From: Bdellovibrionales bacterium
GTDB taxonomy: Bacteria > Bdellovibrionota > Bdellovibrionia > Bdellovibrionales > JAGQZY01
Assembly (NCBI GenBank): GCA_031426555.1
Contig: JANPLN010000008.1
Span: 1 to 64,000 of the forward strand
Direction: 5' to 3'
Length of the DNA stretch: 64,000 nucleotides
Below the pieces are notes generated by a model that saw only the letters and a list, made by a program, of their open reading frames with translations, had not been told where the DNA came from and did not search any database. Shown here piece by piece: positions 53,201 to 55,986 of the stretch (position 1 is its first letter; every line of letters starts with the position of its first letter). Both the position numbers and the translations under genes were made by a program.

Positions 53201-55964
53201 AGATACCATCAACCTCAGCTACTTCAACGGTGTGTCTTCGCAAAATACCACCCGCGATGTGCAAGGAACGGGCGCCGCTCCAGCAACACTCACGCTCAGT
53301 TCCAATCCACTTTTTGATTTTGGAACTCTGGCCGTGGGCGCCACCGCGCAAACCACGCTCACCGTGCAAAACACCGGCAGCGTCACGGCCACGGCCATCG
53401 CTGATGGATTGGGCCTTGCGGCACCATACACATTCTTCGGCGGCACGTTCCCAGGAACGGGCGGAACTTGTTTGGCCACACTCGCACCTGCGGGAACCTG
53501 TACCATCGTCATTAACTACGCGCCAACGGGCACAGGAACCTTTAACGATGGCGTGATCGTCAGTTATAACAACGGAGTCAGTGCACAAACAGTGACACGA
53601 AATATCACAGGAGCTGCGGCAAGCCCAGCTCTCCTCAGTGTTTCCGTGGGAACTTACGATTGGCTCTTGTTATTTAATAGCAACGTGCAAACCACAAGCT
53701 TCACATTCCAAAACATCGGTGGCGTATCGGCCACTGGGATGAACGGAACAGGTCTCGCCAATCCATACAGTTTCGCTGGTGGCACATACCCAGGCTCCAG
53801 CGGAACTTGCGGTGTGACTCTAGCTCCGGCAGCCACGTGTACGGTGTTTGTGAGATTTAGCCCACTTGTGACGAACACCTATACTGACTCTGTACAAATG
53901 GATTATAATGATGGCGTGGGAACGACAAATACGACGAAAGCAATGACTGGTCGTTCGTACTCGGATGTGATGACATTGGCTCTTTCAAGTCCATCATCGA
54001 GCCCTGGCTCAGACACCACGCCGTCGATTCAGGCCAACCAAACCGTACCCTCCCTCAGAGTTTATTTATATAGCGATGCGTGTACGTCGCAGGTTGCAAC
54101 TGGTACCGCAGTGGCAAGTTCCATCGTGCTTACTTCCAGCGCTCTCGCCGAAGCCGCATACACTTTCCGCGTAAAAGGCGAGGACAGCTACGGCAACCAA
54201 TCGGCTTGTTCTGCAACTAGCGTGGCCTACACTATCGATGCGACGGCTCCAACTCCAAATACATGGTTGTGGGGTATGGCGAGTCCGAACGATGGAACTG
54301 AGAGCACCGACACCACTCCGCAGATTTCAGTGGCAGGGGTGATTGGTGAAGAAGGTACGATCGTTCAGATGTACCAAGACACTCTCTGTACTCAATCAGT
54401 GGGATTACCACAAACGATCTCCGGTGGCGGCGCGACGTTCAGTTTAACTTATGTCACTGGCGGCGCAGACGATGGCAATAAAACATTCTATGTGCGCGCC
54501 ACGGATCTTGGAACAAATCAAAACGTATGTGCGGCGGGCAATACCAATATGAATTATTTCTTGGATACGGTGAATCCAGCGAATCCAAGCTCGGTGGCTA
54601 TTGCAAGTGCATGGTCGCAAAGTAGTAGTAACTCACCGGCGTTAACATGGGCGACGGCTACAGATCCTGCACCGAGCTCGGGCGTGAATCGTGTTGAAAT
54701 TGGTCTATCAAATGTTGTTGGAGGTGGTAACCAAGTGGCCGGCTGGTTCTCACTCGCTCCCGCGACAGTAGGGTATACCTTCACAGGCCTTACTGGCTTA
54801 ACAGAATGTACAAACTACTGGCCAAGCCTGCGCGTTTTTGATGACGTTGGAAACGTAAGCTCAACGGTGGTGTCAACTCCATACAGAGTTGATACTGTAA
54901 ACCCACCAGACGTGACAATCACATCTCTTGCCAACGACAACGATACGGATAATTCTCCAACAGTTGTATGGTCATCTTCGGTCGATAACTGCGGCGCCGC
55001 CAACGTGACGTACTATGTAGCCATCAGTTACGATACTAATAATAATGGAGCCTTAGACGGGGGAGAACTCGGTAACACCGTTGGATTCACGAGCGTTGGG
55101 AATGTTACCACAGATATTAGAACGGGATTAACTCTTACTGGTATCAACGGCTACTTCACTTCGATTCGTGCTCAGGATCAGTCAGGTCGTCAATCGAATC
55201 GAACAGACACGGTAAGATGGTATTCTTTCAGAGGCGTACAGTACGATGGTACTGCCGAATATATTACTTTGCCGGATGCTCAGTGGAACACAGGCGACTT
55301 TACAATCTGTATGTGGATACGTCCAACTGTTGTAAACAGCTCTGGCACATCAGGCCATACATTATTGAGTATGTCGGCCGTGGACAAATATTTTTATCTC
55401 TCGTTTGATAATAATGAAATCGATTGGAAAATGGAATCAAACGGAGATGAGGACATGGTAATTGATGGTGTGGCCGCATTTGCAATCAATACGCTTTACC
55501 AAATTTGCGTGACTGCAGATTATGGTGGCGCCAACTCGCGCATTTATCGAAACGGTGCCATACTTGCTCAGACGTCGGGGACCAATCTGAGTGCAACACC
55601 ATCAGTGGCTCATACAACATTAACGATTGGTTACGAGCCAGCATCGAGCTTCCAGTCAACCGATGGAGACAAAACACTTCCGTTCCAAGGAACTATTGAT
55701 AACGTTATGATTTGGAGAAACAGAAATCTTAGCACAGCAGCTATCAACCAGCTCTATGCAGCTGGTGGCGGATTTGATCCTCGCTTCGCCTTCAGTAGTT
55801 ATGGGGCGGCTGATCTCGCTGCTTTGAGAATTTACTATCTAATGGGTGATGATCCAGCCGACGTCATTAACGGTGGCGGCGCAGTGATTAAAGACGTTAT
55901 GGGAGTTCAAGATGCAACGCCATTTAACTTCGAAGCGGGCGATTTCGGCCCGGGTTCTTGGTAA
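23289..55964 (+). CDS. Giant (10,891 aa) repetitive surface lipoprotein/adhesin: ~89 Ig-like (choice-of-anchor-D/ASH-like) repeats, then Big/FN3-like domains and a C-terminal LamG domain
   Basis: Uninterrupted 32.7-kb ORF with a TTG start after AGGAAAGG and a lipobox LLSC. Repeat consensus is 'YDYG....G....FTxTNTGG....GLAAPFxFxGGxYPGTGGTC...L..GASCTIVV.F.P......DTI.I.YNNG......R.VQGTG'. The C-terminus has LamG motifs 'FTICMW' and 'FQGTIDNVMIW'. Confidence 0.92.
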   Translation: MITDVVRFCTSRFSSVSRWILLSTLSAFLLSCVANVTEPGEATESNLIFSTSADGTTPITSLDFGIAAVGGYYDISLFVFNAGRVPAQNINDTSDVAQKFAYAGGAFPGTGGTCTTEILAGQSCIIKLRFSPTDTSVSSGTISFGYEDRVNGAKSSALAVTGQGGTPGLLTISDAPLYDFGVVAIGSSAEYSFTVSNSGESRAVSIAEIGLSTNYGFKGGIYPGTGGTCLPEILGGTSCTIVVAFTPTLLGVLPDTINLSYFDGVGSQNSTRDIQGTGVFPAVLEISDAPIYSFGTVLIGQQPTYTFTISNTGGIAASGLFLGGLAAPYSFAGGSYPGVGGTCGVGLGVASSCTLVIQFAPTIAGTYMDTMNLVYNNGITLASSDRDVIGVGVTPALITISDAALYNYGTVAVGSTNDHAFTLTNTGGVSATLVSGSGLVAPFDFKGFAYPGAGGTCTGNLLPGASCDVVISYQPVGIGLSSDTLNIDYNNGIGLVQSTRDMQGTAAAPALLAITNGPLYDFGTLAVGASNTHVFTISNGGGVAATLVGIASLSAPFTFVGGAYPGAGGTCTTTVVAGTSCTINVVFTPIAMGLFTDSIDVDYNDGAFAQVLSLPIQGSGVAPANLVIADGPTYDFGQVVVGGVGEHIFTVTNSGGIDALTISGLGLAPPFSFKGGAYPGTGGTCANSLAGGANCSIIVTYAPVVGGIDNDTIVLDYFDGANTQQALRDVTGQGFPPALLTISDGLIYNYGTIATGAAVNYLFTITNSGGTTATALAGAGLAAPFNYFGGSYPGTGGTCGLAIAAAATCSIVVEFAPTINVAYLDTIQIDYFDGVVARSALRDVQGSGADPALLLISNAPSFDFGQRPTGSLISQTFSIINNGGVNATGVTGLGLAVPYTFTGGTYPGTAGTCGAVLVPTATCLIEVTFAPVAIGATVDTIQIDYNNGVGVVSSTRDVLGEGVAPALLTLSEADPYDYGTFAAGSTNSHTFTFTNTGGFTATAITEVGLAAPFQFAGGTFPGTAGTCTSTIPSGASCSIVVDFMPTLTGLFTDTIDFTYNNGTTTQSVQRQIQGTGVSAASIAISDGLIYDFATQPTGSVTIKTFTLTNSGGFPATAMSGGGLAAPFDFTGGAYPGAGGTCGLVLGASLTCTIEVSYSPLAVGTNSDTVIISYNDGSVVQTSTRAVQGTAVAPALLTIAGPSPYLYGTMATGSITNQTFTVTNTGGFAASAIAEVGLAAPFAFAGGIFPGTGGTCAITLAAGASCDLVIAFSPTINGVYSDSIDLNYNDGVAAQTALNAVQGTGATPAILGLSDGPTYDFGLQGTGSTTNHTFILSNTGGVSASAILPVAMVAPFSFAGGTFPGTAGTCVATLAAGSSCTIVVSFAPTTTGLQTGTLSLGYNDGAGSQSVSGALEGTGASPALLTIDQAPSYDYGTAAVGSVTNHVFTIINSGGVTATAMAGGAFGANFSFAGGTYPGTAGTCAATLGATLSCTVVVSFNPIASGALSDTLSVGYNSGVALQTASRAVQGTGASPAFLTLTNGPTYNFGNVAIGGTANVVITVTNTGGVDSTAMSGSGLAAPFDFTGAAYPGTAGTCAGTLAPLASCTIVVQFAPTIAGSYNDSVVVDYNNGAAVTSVARALTGNGALPAQITISNNPTYDFGNVALTATSAYSLTLTNTGGVGATLMTGVGLAAPFEFAGGSYPGTTGTCGATLAATASCTVQITYTPTILGLATDTLDINFNDGVAGQTSSRPLQGTGVNPAVLAIDSGPTYDYGTQATGSTTNRTFVVNNSGGAPATGITGTGLAGAYSFAGGTYPGTGGTCAATIANGASCNIVVSFAPTVTGLLTDSIEINYNDGALVQQATRAVQGTAVNPALLTISDGPTYNYGSLPQGSTTNYSFTINNSGGFTATGMTGSGLAVPFSFEGGSYPGTTGTCTATLAAGANCTIVVTYAPVALGSVTDTILVAYNDGSAAQTATRDVTGTGVPPAVLSISDGPSFDFGIQATTSITDRTFTVTNTGGFVASSITGLGLAAPFEFAGGSYPGASGNCGANLLPAATCTIVVRFSPTLVGPFADTIQLDYDNGFSTQSATRNVVATGANPALLTISNGPTFDYGTLATGFSLNQAFTINNTGGVPATVISEVGLAAPFAFFGGSFPGTGGTCTTTLNQGASCTLVVAFSPTVTGLQSDTIDLSYNNGAGATNSLRAVQGTGAAPALITITEVDPYDYGTLANGASLDHVFTLTNTGGVPSSVMTGTGLAAPFTFAGGAYPGGAGTCTATLAPAATCTIIVRFSPTVSGAASDTIDITYNNGVIAQTSSRQVMGTGATPALLAISNGPTYDYGLIANGGTSSFVFTVTNSGAVPATAISEIGLAAPFAFLGGSFPGTGGTCGVSLGAGGSCLVAIEFAPAGLGPFNDTISLQYNNGAIVTTANRAVQGTAGAPANISISDGPTYNYGIKATGSSTDYTLTLTNGGAVSSTSMAGVGLAAPFTFKNGSYPGTGGTCAATLGAALTCTIVVTYEPTTVAAHADTIQINYNNGAIATNSTRDVAGTGANPALLTIDSGPTYDYGNITSGGVAIRTFTVANTGGVPATTLIDTGALAAPFSYVGATYPGTTGTCTGSLNAGASCTLRIQFAPSAGGAFSDTLILSYFDGASAQSTTRDIQGTGLSPAVLTLSNGPLYDYGTLTIGNNANFTFTVTNTGATTATGVSGSGLAAPFTFLGGSYPGIGGTCAATLVGSGTTCTIVVNYTPSTVGTQTDTLDIAYNDGVNAQTSSRNIQGTGITPASLTLSDGPSFDFALVATGSNNTKTFTITNGGGTTATGLGESGLAVPYTLLGGGFPGTGGTCGATLAAAGTCTIVVAYAPTLVGATSDTIVIDYNDGVIAQTATRGVTGTAANPALLAIDSGPTHNYGTLAIGSVNLRTFTVNNTGGVSATAVSEVGLAAPFAFAGGTFPGTGGTCIATIGAASSCTLVIAYSPTATGLQNDSIDLSYNNGAAVTNSTRAIQGTGASPALITVSGVDPVDYGTLANGASLDQTFTLTNTGGVDATVMTGTGLAAPFTFAGGSYPGGAGTCTATLTPAATCTIVVRFSPIVSGAASDTIDITYNNGVIAQTSSRQIIGTGATPALLAISNGPTYDYGLIANGGTSSFVFTVTNSGAVPATAISEIGLAAPFAFLGGIYPGTGGTCSITLGAGGSCLIAVQFAPVGLGPFNDTISLQYNNGAIVTTANRAVQGTAGAPASIAISDGPTYDYGIKATGSSTDYTFTLTNSGAVPTASMAGVGLAAPFQFKNGSYPGTGGTCGVTLGAALTCTIIVTYEPLTVAVHADTIQINYNNGAIATNSTRDVAGTGANPALLTISDGPTYDYGSITTGASATRTFTVNNSGGVAATTLADTGGLAAPFNYLGGTYPGTGGTCNTSISAGASCTIRVRYAPTASGVQTDTIDLSYFDGASTQNSTRDLQGTGLSPAVLTILGVDPFNFGTVPTGSNNTQTFTVTNTGGTSATGMSGTGLAFPYSFSGGSYPGGVATCGVALAPAASCTITVAYTPAAPSGSDADTVQVSYNDGSAAQVASRNLLGAAVNPGLLTISDTDPYNFGTLAIGSSITRTFTITNTGGFQTSAMIESGIAAPFTYFGGTYPGTAGTCSTTLAAAGTCTIVVQYAPSAAALQTDTISFAYNDGVNAQSVTRQVQGTGANPAVLTLSDADPYDYGTRAVGSALSRTFTLTNTGGFTASAIAEVGLALPFRFVGGTFPGTLGTCTATLTPTSSCTLVIEFVPTGTGLFADTIDINYNNGASLVNVTRQVQGTGAAPALITITDTDPYDFGNITVGATATRAFTLNNTGAVPATALGGAGLASPFSFLGGSFPGTGGNCGVTLGAGANCLVVVEFAPVAPVASSDTMDINYNNGVTGQTSSRQVTGTGVAPALLAIDSGPTYDYGLIANGGVLDRTFTVSNSGASAASAISETGLAAPFAFLGGGYPGTGGTCGVSIAAGASCTLVIRYSPLAVAVHSDTINLQYNNGAAVANATRAVQGQAGAPALVAISNGPTFNYGTQATGSSTSFTFTLNNSGAVSATSLADAGVLAAPFVYVGGTYPGTLGTCGATLLAGANCTIVLAFEPTGLGAATDTVQINYNDGATAQNTTRDLAGTGANPALLAIDSGPTYNYGSITVGATADRTFTVNNSGGVAATLISETGLAAPFAFLGGTYPGTGGTCAASVSAGASCTLVVRYAPTASGVVNDTLTLQYYNGAATTNSTRDITGAGLLAATITISELEPYSFGTVPSGSLNNYTFTLSNTGGSTATAIVGGGLAAPYSFFGGSYPGTGGTCTVTLTAGANCTIVVRYAPAAPSPSDVDAIQIDYNNGVIAQSVTRGVTGVSVAPAILIISDANPYNFGTLAVGASSTKTFTITNSGVFQASAMTEIGLAAPFTFVGGSYPGTAGTCTATLNGGASCTLVVRYAPGVPSPADNDTLTMQYNDGVNVQVSNRTVTGVAVTPANITITDSDPYDYGTVAQGAVATRTFTLTNSGGFTASALSEVGLAAPFGFAGGAFPGTAGTCAVTIAPAAACTVVIAFSPTGTGLFSDTMDFSYNNGATTVNSTRQLQGTGAAPALITITDTDPYDFGNITVGATATRTFTLTNTGAVPATAVGGAGLASPFSFLGGSFPGGGTCTATIAVSASCTVVVEFAPVASVASSDTMDINYNNGVNAQTSSRQVTGTGVSPALLAINSGPTYDYGLIANGGVRDRTFTVSNSGASAASAISETGLAAPFAFLGGGYPGTGGTCGVSIAAGGSCTLVIRYSPLAVAAHSDTINLQYNNGAAVANATRPVQGQAGAPALVAISNGPTYNYGTQATGSSTPFTFTLNNSGAVSATSLADGAGLAAPFVYVGGSYPGTLGTCGATLTAGANCTIVVAFEPTGLGASADTIIINYNDGAVAQSSTRDLAGTGANPALLAIDSGPTYDFGNVTVGASATRTFMVSNTGGVAATALADAAALAAPFNYLGAAYAGTGGTCNTTLSAGGTCTVVLEYAPVGTGLATDTLVLNYFNGATAQTTTRPLQGTGLAPAVLAISNGPVSYDFGTRPTGSTNDFTLTVTNTGGSIATAMAGAGLAAPYSFVGGSYPGGAGTCALTLGVGASCTIIVRYAPIVVSGSDVDTIQITYNDGFAAQMSTRGLTGVAVAPAVLTISDSNPYNFGTLAVGAGSTKTFTITNTGTFQASAVIENGLAAPFTYVGGSYPGTAGTCSNTLNGGAACTIVVRYAPGAPSVLDADSINFDYNDGVAAQSVARTVQGVAVTPANITITDSDPYDYGTIAQGAVATRTFTLTNTGGFTASALSEVGLAAPFAFAGGTFPGTAGTCAVTIAPSAACTVVIAFSPVATGLFSDTMDFSYNNGATTVNSARQLQGTGAAPALITITDTDPYDFGNITVGATATRTFTLTNTGAVPATAVGGAGLASPFSFLGGAYPGTGGTCSTPIAVSASCTVVVEFAPVASVASSDTMDINYNNGVSAQTSSRQVTGTGVSPALLTIDSGPTYDYGLIANGGVRDRTFTVSNTGASAASAISETGLAAPFAFLGGGFPGTGGTCGVSIAAGASCTLVIRYSPLAVAAHSDTINLQYNNGAAVTNATRAVQGQAGAPALVAISNGPTYSFGTQATGSSTPFTFTLNNSGAVSATSLADGAGLAAPFTYVGGTYPGTLGTCGATLTAGANCTIVVAFEPTGLGAANDTILINYNDGAAAQSTTRDLTGTGANPALLAIDSGPTYDFGNVTVGATATRTFIVSNTGGVAATAVADAAALAAPFRYLGASYPGTGGTCNTTLSAAATCTVVLEYAPTGTGLATDTLVINYFNGASAQTTTRAIQGTGLAPALLTISNGPGSYNFGTVPTGSTNNFTFTINNTGGSIATAMAGAGLAAPYSFVGGSYPGGAGTCALTLGVGASCTIIVRYAPTVVSGSDVDTVEITYNDGAAAQMSTRGLTGIAVAPAVLTISDANPYNFGTLAVGASATKTFTITNTGSFQASAVVENGLAAPFTYVGGSYPGTAGTCSNTLNGGAACTIVVQYAPGAPSVLDADSINFDYNDGVVAQSVARTVQGIAVTPANITITDSDPYDYGTIAQGAVATRTFTLTNTGGFTASALSEVGLAAPFAYAGGSFPGTAGTCAVTIAPSAACTVVIAFSPTGTGLFSDTMNFSYNNGATTVSSTRQLQGTGAAPALITITDTDPYDFGNITVGATATRTFTITNTGAVPATAVGGAGLASPFSFLGGSYPGTGGTCSTPIAVSASCTVVVEFAPVASLASSDTMDINYNNGVSAQTSSRQVTGTGVSPALLAIDSGPTYDFSLIANGGVRDRTFTVSNSGASAASAISEVGLAAPFAFLGGGYPGTGGTCGVTIAAGASCTLVIRYSPLAVAAHTDTLDLQYNNGAAVANATRPVQGQAGAPALVAISDGPTYNYGTRATGSSTSYTFTLTNSGAVSATSMADAAALAAPFVYVGGTYPGTLGTCGATLLAGANCTIVLAFEPTGTGLASDTVQINYNNGASVQNSTRDLIGTGANPALLAIDSGPTYNYGTVTVGAIATRTFLVSNTGGVAATVVSETGLAAPFTFVGGTYPGTGGTCAASISAGASCNLVVQFAPAGSGVANDTINLSYYNGAATTAATRDVTGAGAAPAVITISELNPYNYGTRPTGSINNYTFTLTNTGGSTATAIVGGGLAAPYSYLAGSYPGTGGTCTATLTAGANCIIVVSYAPSAPSVADNDSIQIDYNDGVNSQSSLRQLTGVAVAPALLTISDANPYNYGTLAVGASASHPFTITNTGSFQASAMTEIGLGAPYTFVGGSYPGTGGTCTATLNPTVSCTLVVQYAPGVPSVADNDTLTMQYNDGVNVQTVNRTVTGVAVTPANITLSDSDPYDYGTIAQTSSANRTFTLTNTGGFTASAISETGLAAPFAFLGGAFPGTGGTCVVTLAPAAACTVVIAFNPTGTGLFSDTINFSYNNGATTVSSTRQVQGTGAAAALITITDTDPYDYGNITVGSTATRTFTLTNTGAIAATGVGGSGLLAPYSFLGGSYPGGAATCGATINAGASCTIIVEFAPTSAVASSDTIDINYYNGASAQVSSRQVTGTGTAPAMLAIDSGPTYDYGLIANGGVRDRTFTVSNSGASAASAISEIGLAAPFAFLGGGYPGTGGTCGVTIAAGASCTLVIRYSPVAVAAHSDTIDLQYNNGAATANATRAVQGQAGAPALVAISNGPTYNYGTQATGSSTSFTFTLNNSGAVSATSIADAGALAAPFVYVGGSYPGTLGTCGATLTAGANCTIVIAFEPSGLGVASDTVQINYNNGASAQNTTRDFTGTGAAPALLAIDSGPTYDFGNVTVGASTTRTFIVSNTGGVAATTIADTAALAAPFNYLGAGYPGTGGTCNNTLSAGGTCTIVLEFAPTGTGLATDSVVLSYFNGASSQTSTRALQGTGLAPALLTISNGPGSYNFGTVPTGSTNDFTFTVSNTGGSIATALAGAGLAAPYSFVGGSYPGGGTCGLTIGVGASCSIIVRYAPIAISGADVDTIDITYNNGVSAQLSNRGLTAVAVAPAVLTISDSNPYNFGTLAVGASAQRTFTITNTGTFQATAVVENGLAVPFTYVGGSYPGTAGTCSNTLNGGATCTIVVQYAPGAPSVLDADAISFDYNDGVVVQTTTRTVQGVAVPPALITISDTDPYDYGTIAQGSTLTRTFTLTNAGGFTASALLETGLAAPFGYMGGTFPGTGGTCAVTIAPTAACTVVIAFSPVGTGLFADTINFSYNSGATTVSSTRQIQGTGAAPALITITDTDPYDYGNITVGAMATRTFTLTNTGAINATGVGGSGLLAPFSFLGGSYPGGAGTCGATINAGASCTVIVEFAPTSAVASSDTMDINYYNGASAQVSSRQLTGTGVSPALLTIDSGPTYDYGLIANGGVRDRTFSVTNSGASAASAISEVGLAAPFAFLGGGYPGTGGTCGVTIAAGATCTLVIRYSPLAVAAHSDTIDLQYNNGAVTANATRAVQGQAGAPALITISDGPTYNYGTRATGSSTSYTFTLNNSGAVNATSMADAAALAAPFVYVGGGYPGTLGTCGATLTAGASCTIVLAFEPTGTGVATDTVQINYINGATAQNTTRDLTGTGANPALLAIDSGPTYNYGSVTVGGIADRTFTVNNTGGVAATAVSEIGLAAPFAFFGGTFPGTGGTCAASISAGASCTLVVRYSPTASGVVNDTINLQYNNGAATTNSTRDVTAAGLSPASITLSELDPYNYGTRPTGSLNNYTFTLTNGGGSTATAIVGGGLAAPYSFFGGSYPGTGGTCIASLTAGASCTIVVRYAPTIPSVADTDSIQIDYNDGVNSQSSLRQVTAVAVAPGLLTISESDPYNFGTFAIGATAQHSFTITNTGGFQATGLVETGIAAPFIYLGGVYPGTGGNCSNTLNAGASCTIMVQYTPNAAALQTDTIDFAYNDGVNAQTVTRQVQGTGSAPATLTISDADPYDYGTIAIGGSLTHFFTISNTGGFTATAMAEVGIAAPFVYVGGAYPGTGGTCGTTLTPITSCSINVAFSPTATGLVADVITMNYNNGASIQSVSRQVQGTGTSSALITISESDPYNFGNITIGSNTNHMFTLINSGGVPATAMSGGGLVAPFTFLGGAYPGTGGTCTNNLGVGNACTIFVEFSPFSGGLAGDAIDISYNNGAAPATSLRTIQGTGITPALLTISESEPYDFGLVANNGVRNYAFTISNAGGSAATSISEVGIAAPFIYLGGGYPGTGGTCGTALAASTTCTIVLSFSPTVLGAYTDSIQVNYQSGVGAASATRGIQGTAGAPALLTISDGPTFDYGTKATGSSTDKTYTITNSGAVAATSIVDAATMNAPFVFKGGGYPGVGGTCGASLGTGASCFIVVSFEPTLNGLQTDSIEFNYNNGANTTNTLRAVQGTGAAPASLSISDSNPYSFGTIPTGGTTQYTFTVTNTGSVTATTMSEVGLTTPFGFVGGTYPGTGGTCSTTLSSGGSCTLVVRYSPIATGVQNGTLTMSYFNGVSTQNSSRTVTGTGAAPGTITISEVNPYSFGIVPTNSTRTYTFTLTNTGGFIATSMGGLGLSAPYSFLGGTYPGAGGTCGVTLAVGANCTVIVQYAPTVISGADNDTIDISFNDGVATQTSSRDVTGSAVAPALLTISQTDPYNFGSTPAGNNIDFTFTVSNTGSVTATSISEVGLAAPFGFLGGTFPGTGGTCLVTLNPASSCTIVLRFNPAVAGAYSDTINLNYNNGVSVVSSTRDVQGTGVSTANIQISDVDPYNFGTIAVGASTNYTFTLTNTGGFTATTMTEVGVSAPFSYVGGAYPGTGGTCGGTLTPASACTIVLRFTPTTTGLAPDVIDVSYFNGSATVTSSRSIQGTGASPALITISETNPYDYGNVTNGGNSNHTFTVTNTGGVSATAMGGSGLAAPFTFLGGSYPGTGGTCALSVAAGGSCSIVVNFAPTATGIQSSTINVDYFNGVSSQTSMRNVQGNGIAPALLTISDSDPYDYGLLANNGVRSRTFVITNAGSSAASAITEIGLAAPFGFLGGGYPGTGGNCGASLAPAATCNIVIAYSPTVLGVNSDTLSLQYNNGAVVTTANRTVQGTSGAPATLSYSGISPFNYGIRATGSTTDQTFTITNTGAVMATAIVDSGNMAAPFVFKGAPYPGVGGTCGATIAAAASCTVVVSFQPTSNGLQTDDIELNFNNGAGTVAGLHPLQGTGASPASLTISESNPYTYPSVTAGSTSAYVFTVTNTGGVVASALSEVGLNVPFRFRGGSYPGTSGTCGATLSSGSSCNLDIEFAPIATGLVTDTIDISYFNGQSTANAQRNIQGTGLSVATLAISSSDPYNFGTVATGGTATFVFTVTNSGSSAATSIAEVGLAAPFVFPGGYPGTTGTCTTTLPASSTCTIQVAFSPGLTGLQSDTINLSYFNGVSSQNTTRDVQGTGAAPATLTLSSNPLFDFGTLAVGATAQTTLTVQNTGSVTATAIADGLGLAAPYTFFGGTFPGTGGTCLATLAPAGTCTIVINYAPTGTGTFNDGVIVSYNNGVSAQTVTRNITGAAASPALLSVSVGTYDWLLLFNSNVQTTSFTFQNIGGVSATGMNGTGLANPYSFAGGTYPGSSGTCGVTLAPAATCTVFVRFSPLVTNTYTDSVQMDYNDGVGTTNTTKAMTGRSYSDVMTLALSSPSSSPGSDTTPSIQANQTVPSLRVYLYSDACTSQVATGTAVASSIVLTSSALAEAAYTFRVKGEDSYGNQSACSATSVAYTIDATAPTPNTWLWGMASPNDGTESTDTTPQISVAGVIGEEGTIVQMYQDTLCTQSVGLPQTISGGGATFSLTYVTGGADDGNKTFYVRATDLGTNQNVCAAGNTNMNYFLDTVNPANPSSVAIASAWSQSSSNSPALTWATATDPAPSSGVNRVEIGLSNVVGGGNQVAGWFSLAPATVGYTFTGLTGLTECTNYWPSLRVFDDVGNVSSTVVSTPYRVDTVNPPDVTITSLANDNDTDNSPTVVWSSSVDNCGAANVTYYVAISYDTNNNGALDGGELGNTVGFTSVGNVTTDIRTGLTLTGINGYFTSIRAQDQSGRQSNRTDTVRWYSFRGVQYDGTAEYITLPDAQWNTGDFTICMWIRPTVVNSSGTSGHTLLSMSAVDKYFYLSFDNNEIDWKMESNGDEDMVIDGVAAFAINTLYQICVTADYGGANSRIYRNGAILAQTSGTNLSATPSVAHTTLTIGYEPASSFQSTDGDKTLPFQGTIDNVMIWRNRNLSTAAINQLYAAGGGFDPRFAFSSYGAADLAALRIYYLMGDDPADVINGGGAVIKDVMGVQDATPFNFEAGDFGPGSW
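30300..53960 (+). repeat. Seven-domain super-repeat (~2400-2409 bp period) within the giant gene
   Basis: The 'GLIANGG'-type domain recurs at ~30327, 32727, 35127, 37527, 39936, 42345, 44748, 47154, 49554 and 51954. Confidence 0.9.
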
Positions 55965-55986
55965 TTTAAATCAACGCGGAGGTTTT

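Noticed and set aside
23430..53960. CRISPR-like or non-coding repeat array
   Set aside because: The repeats are in-frame protein domains with synonymous variation. There is no repeat-spacer structure and no cas gene.
23494..55699. Dozens of short alternative-frame and antisense ORFs inside the giant gene
   Set aside because: They recur with the repeat period and follow from Gly/Thr/Ala codon bias. They have no RBS or recognisable domains.
55912..55986. Upstream start for the LamG lipoprotein
   Set aside because: The GGAGG RBS and the signal peptide indicate the ATG at 55987.
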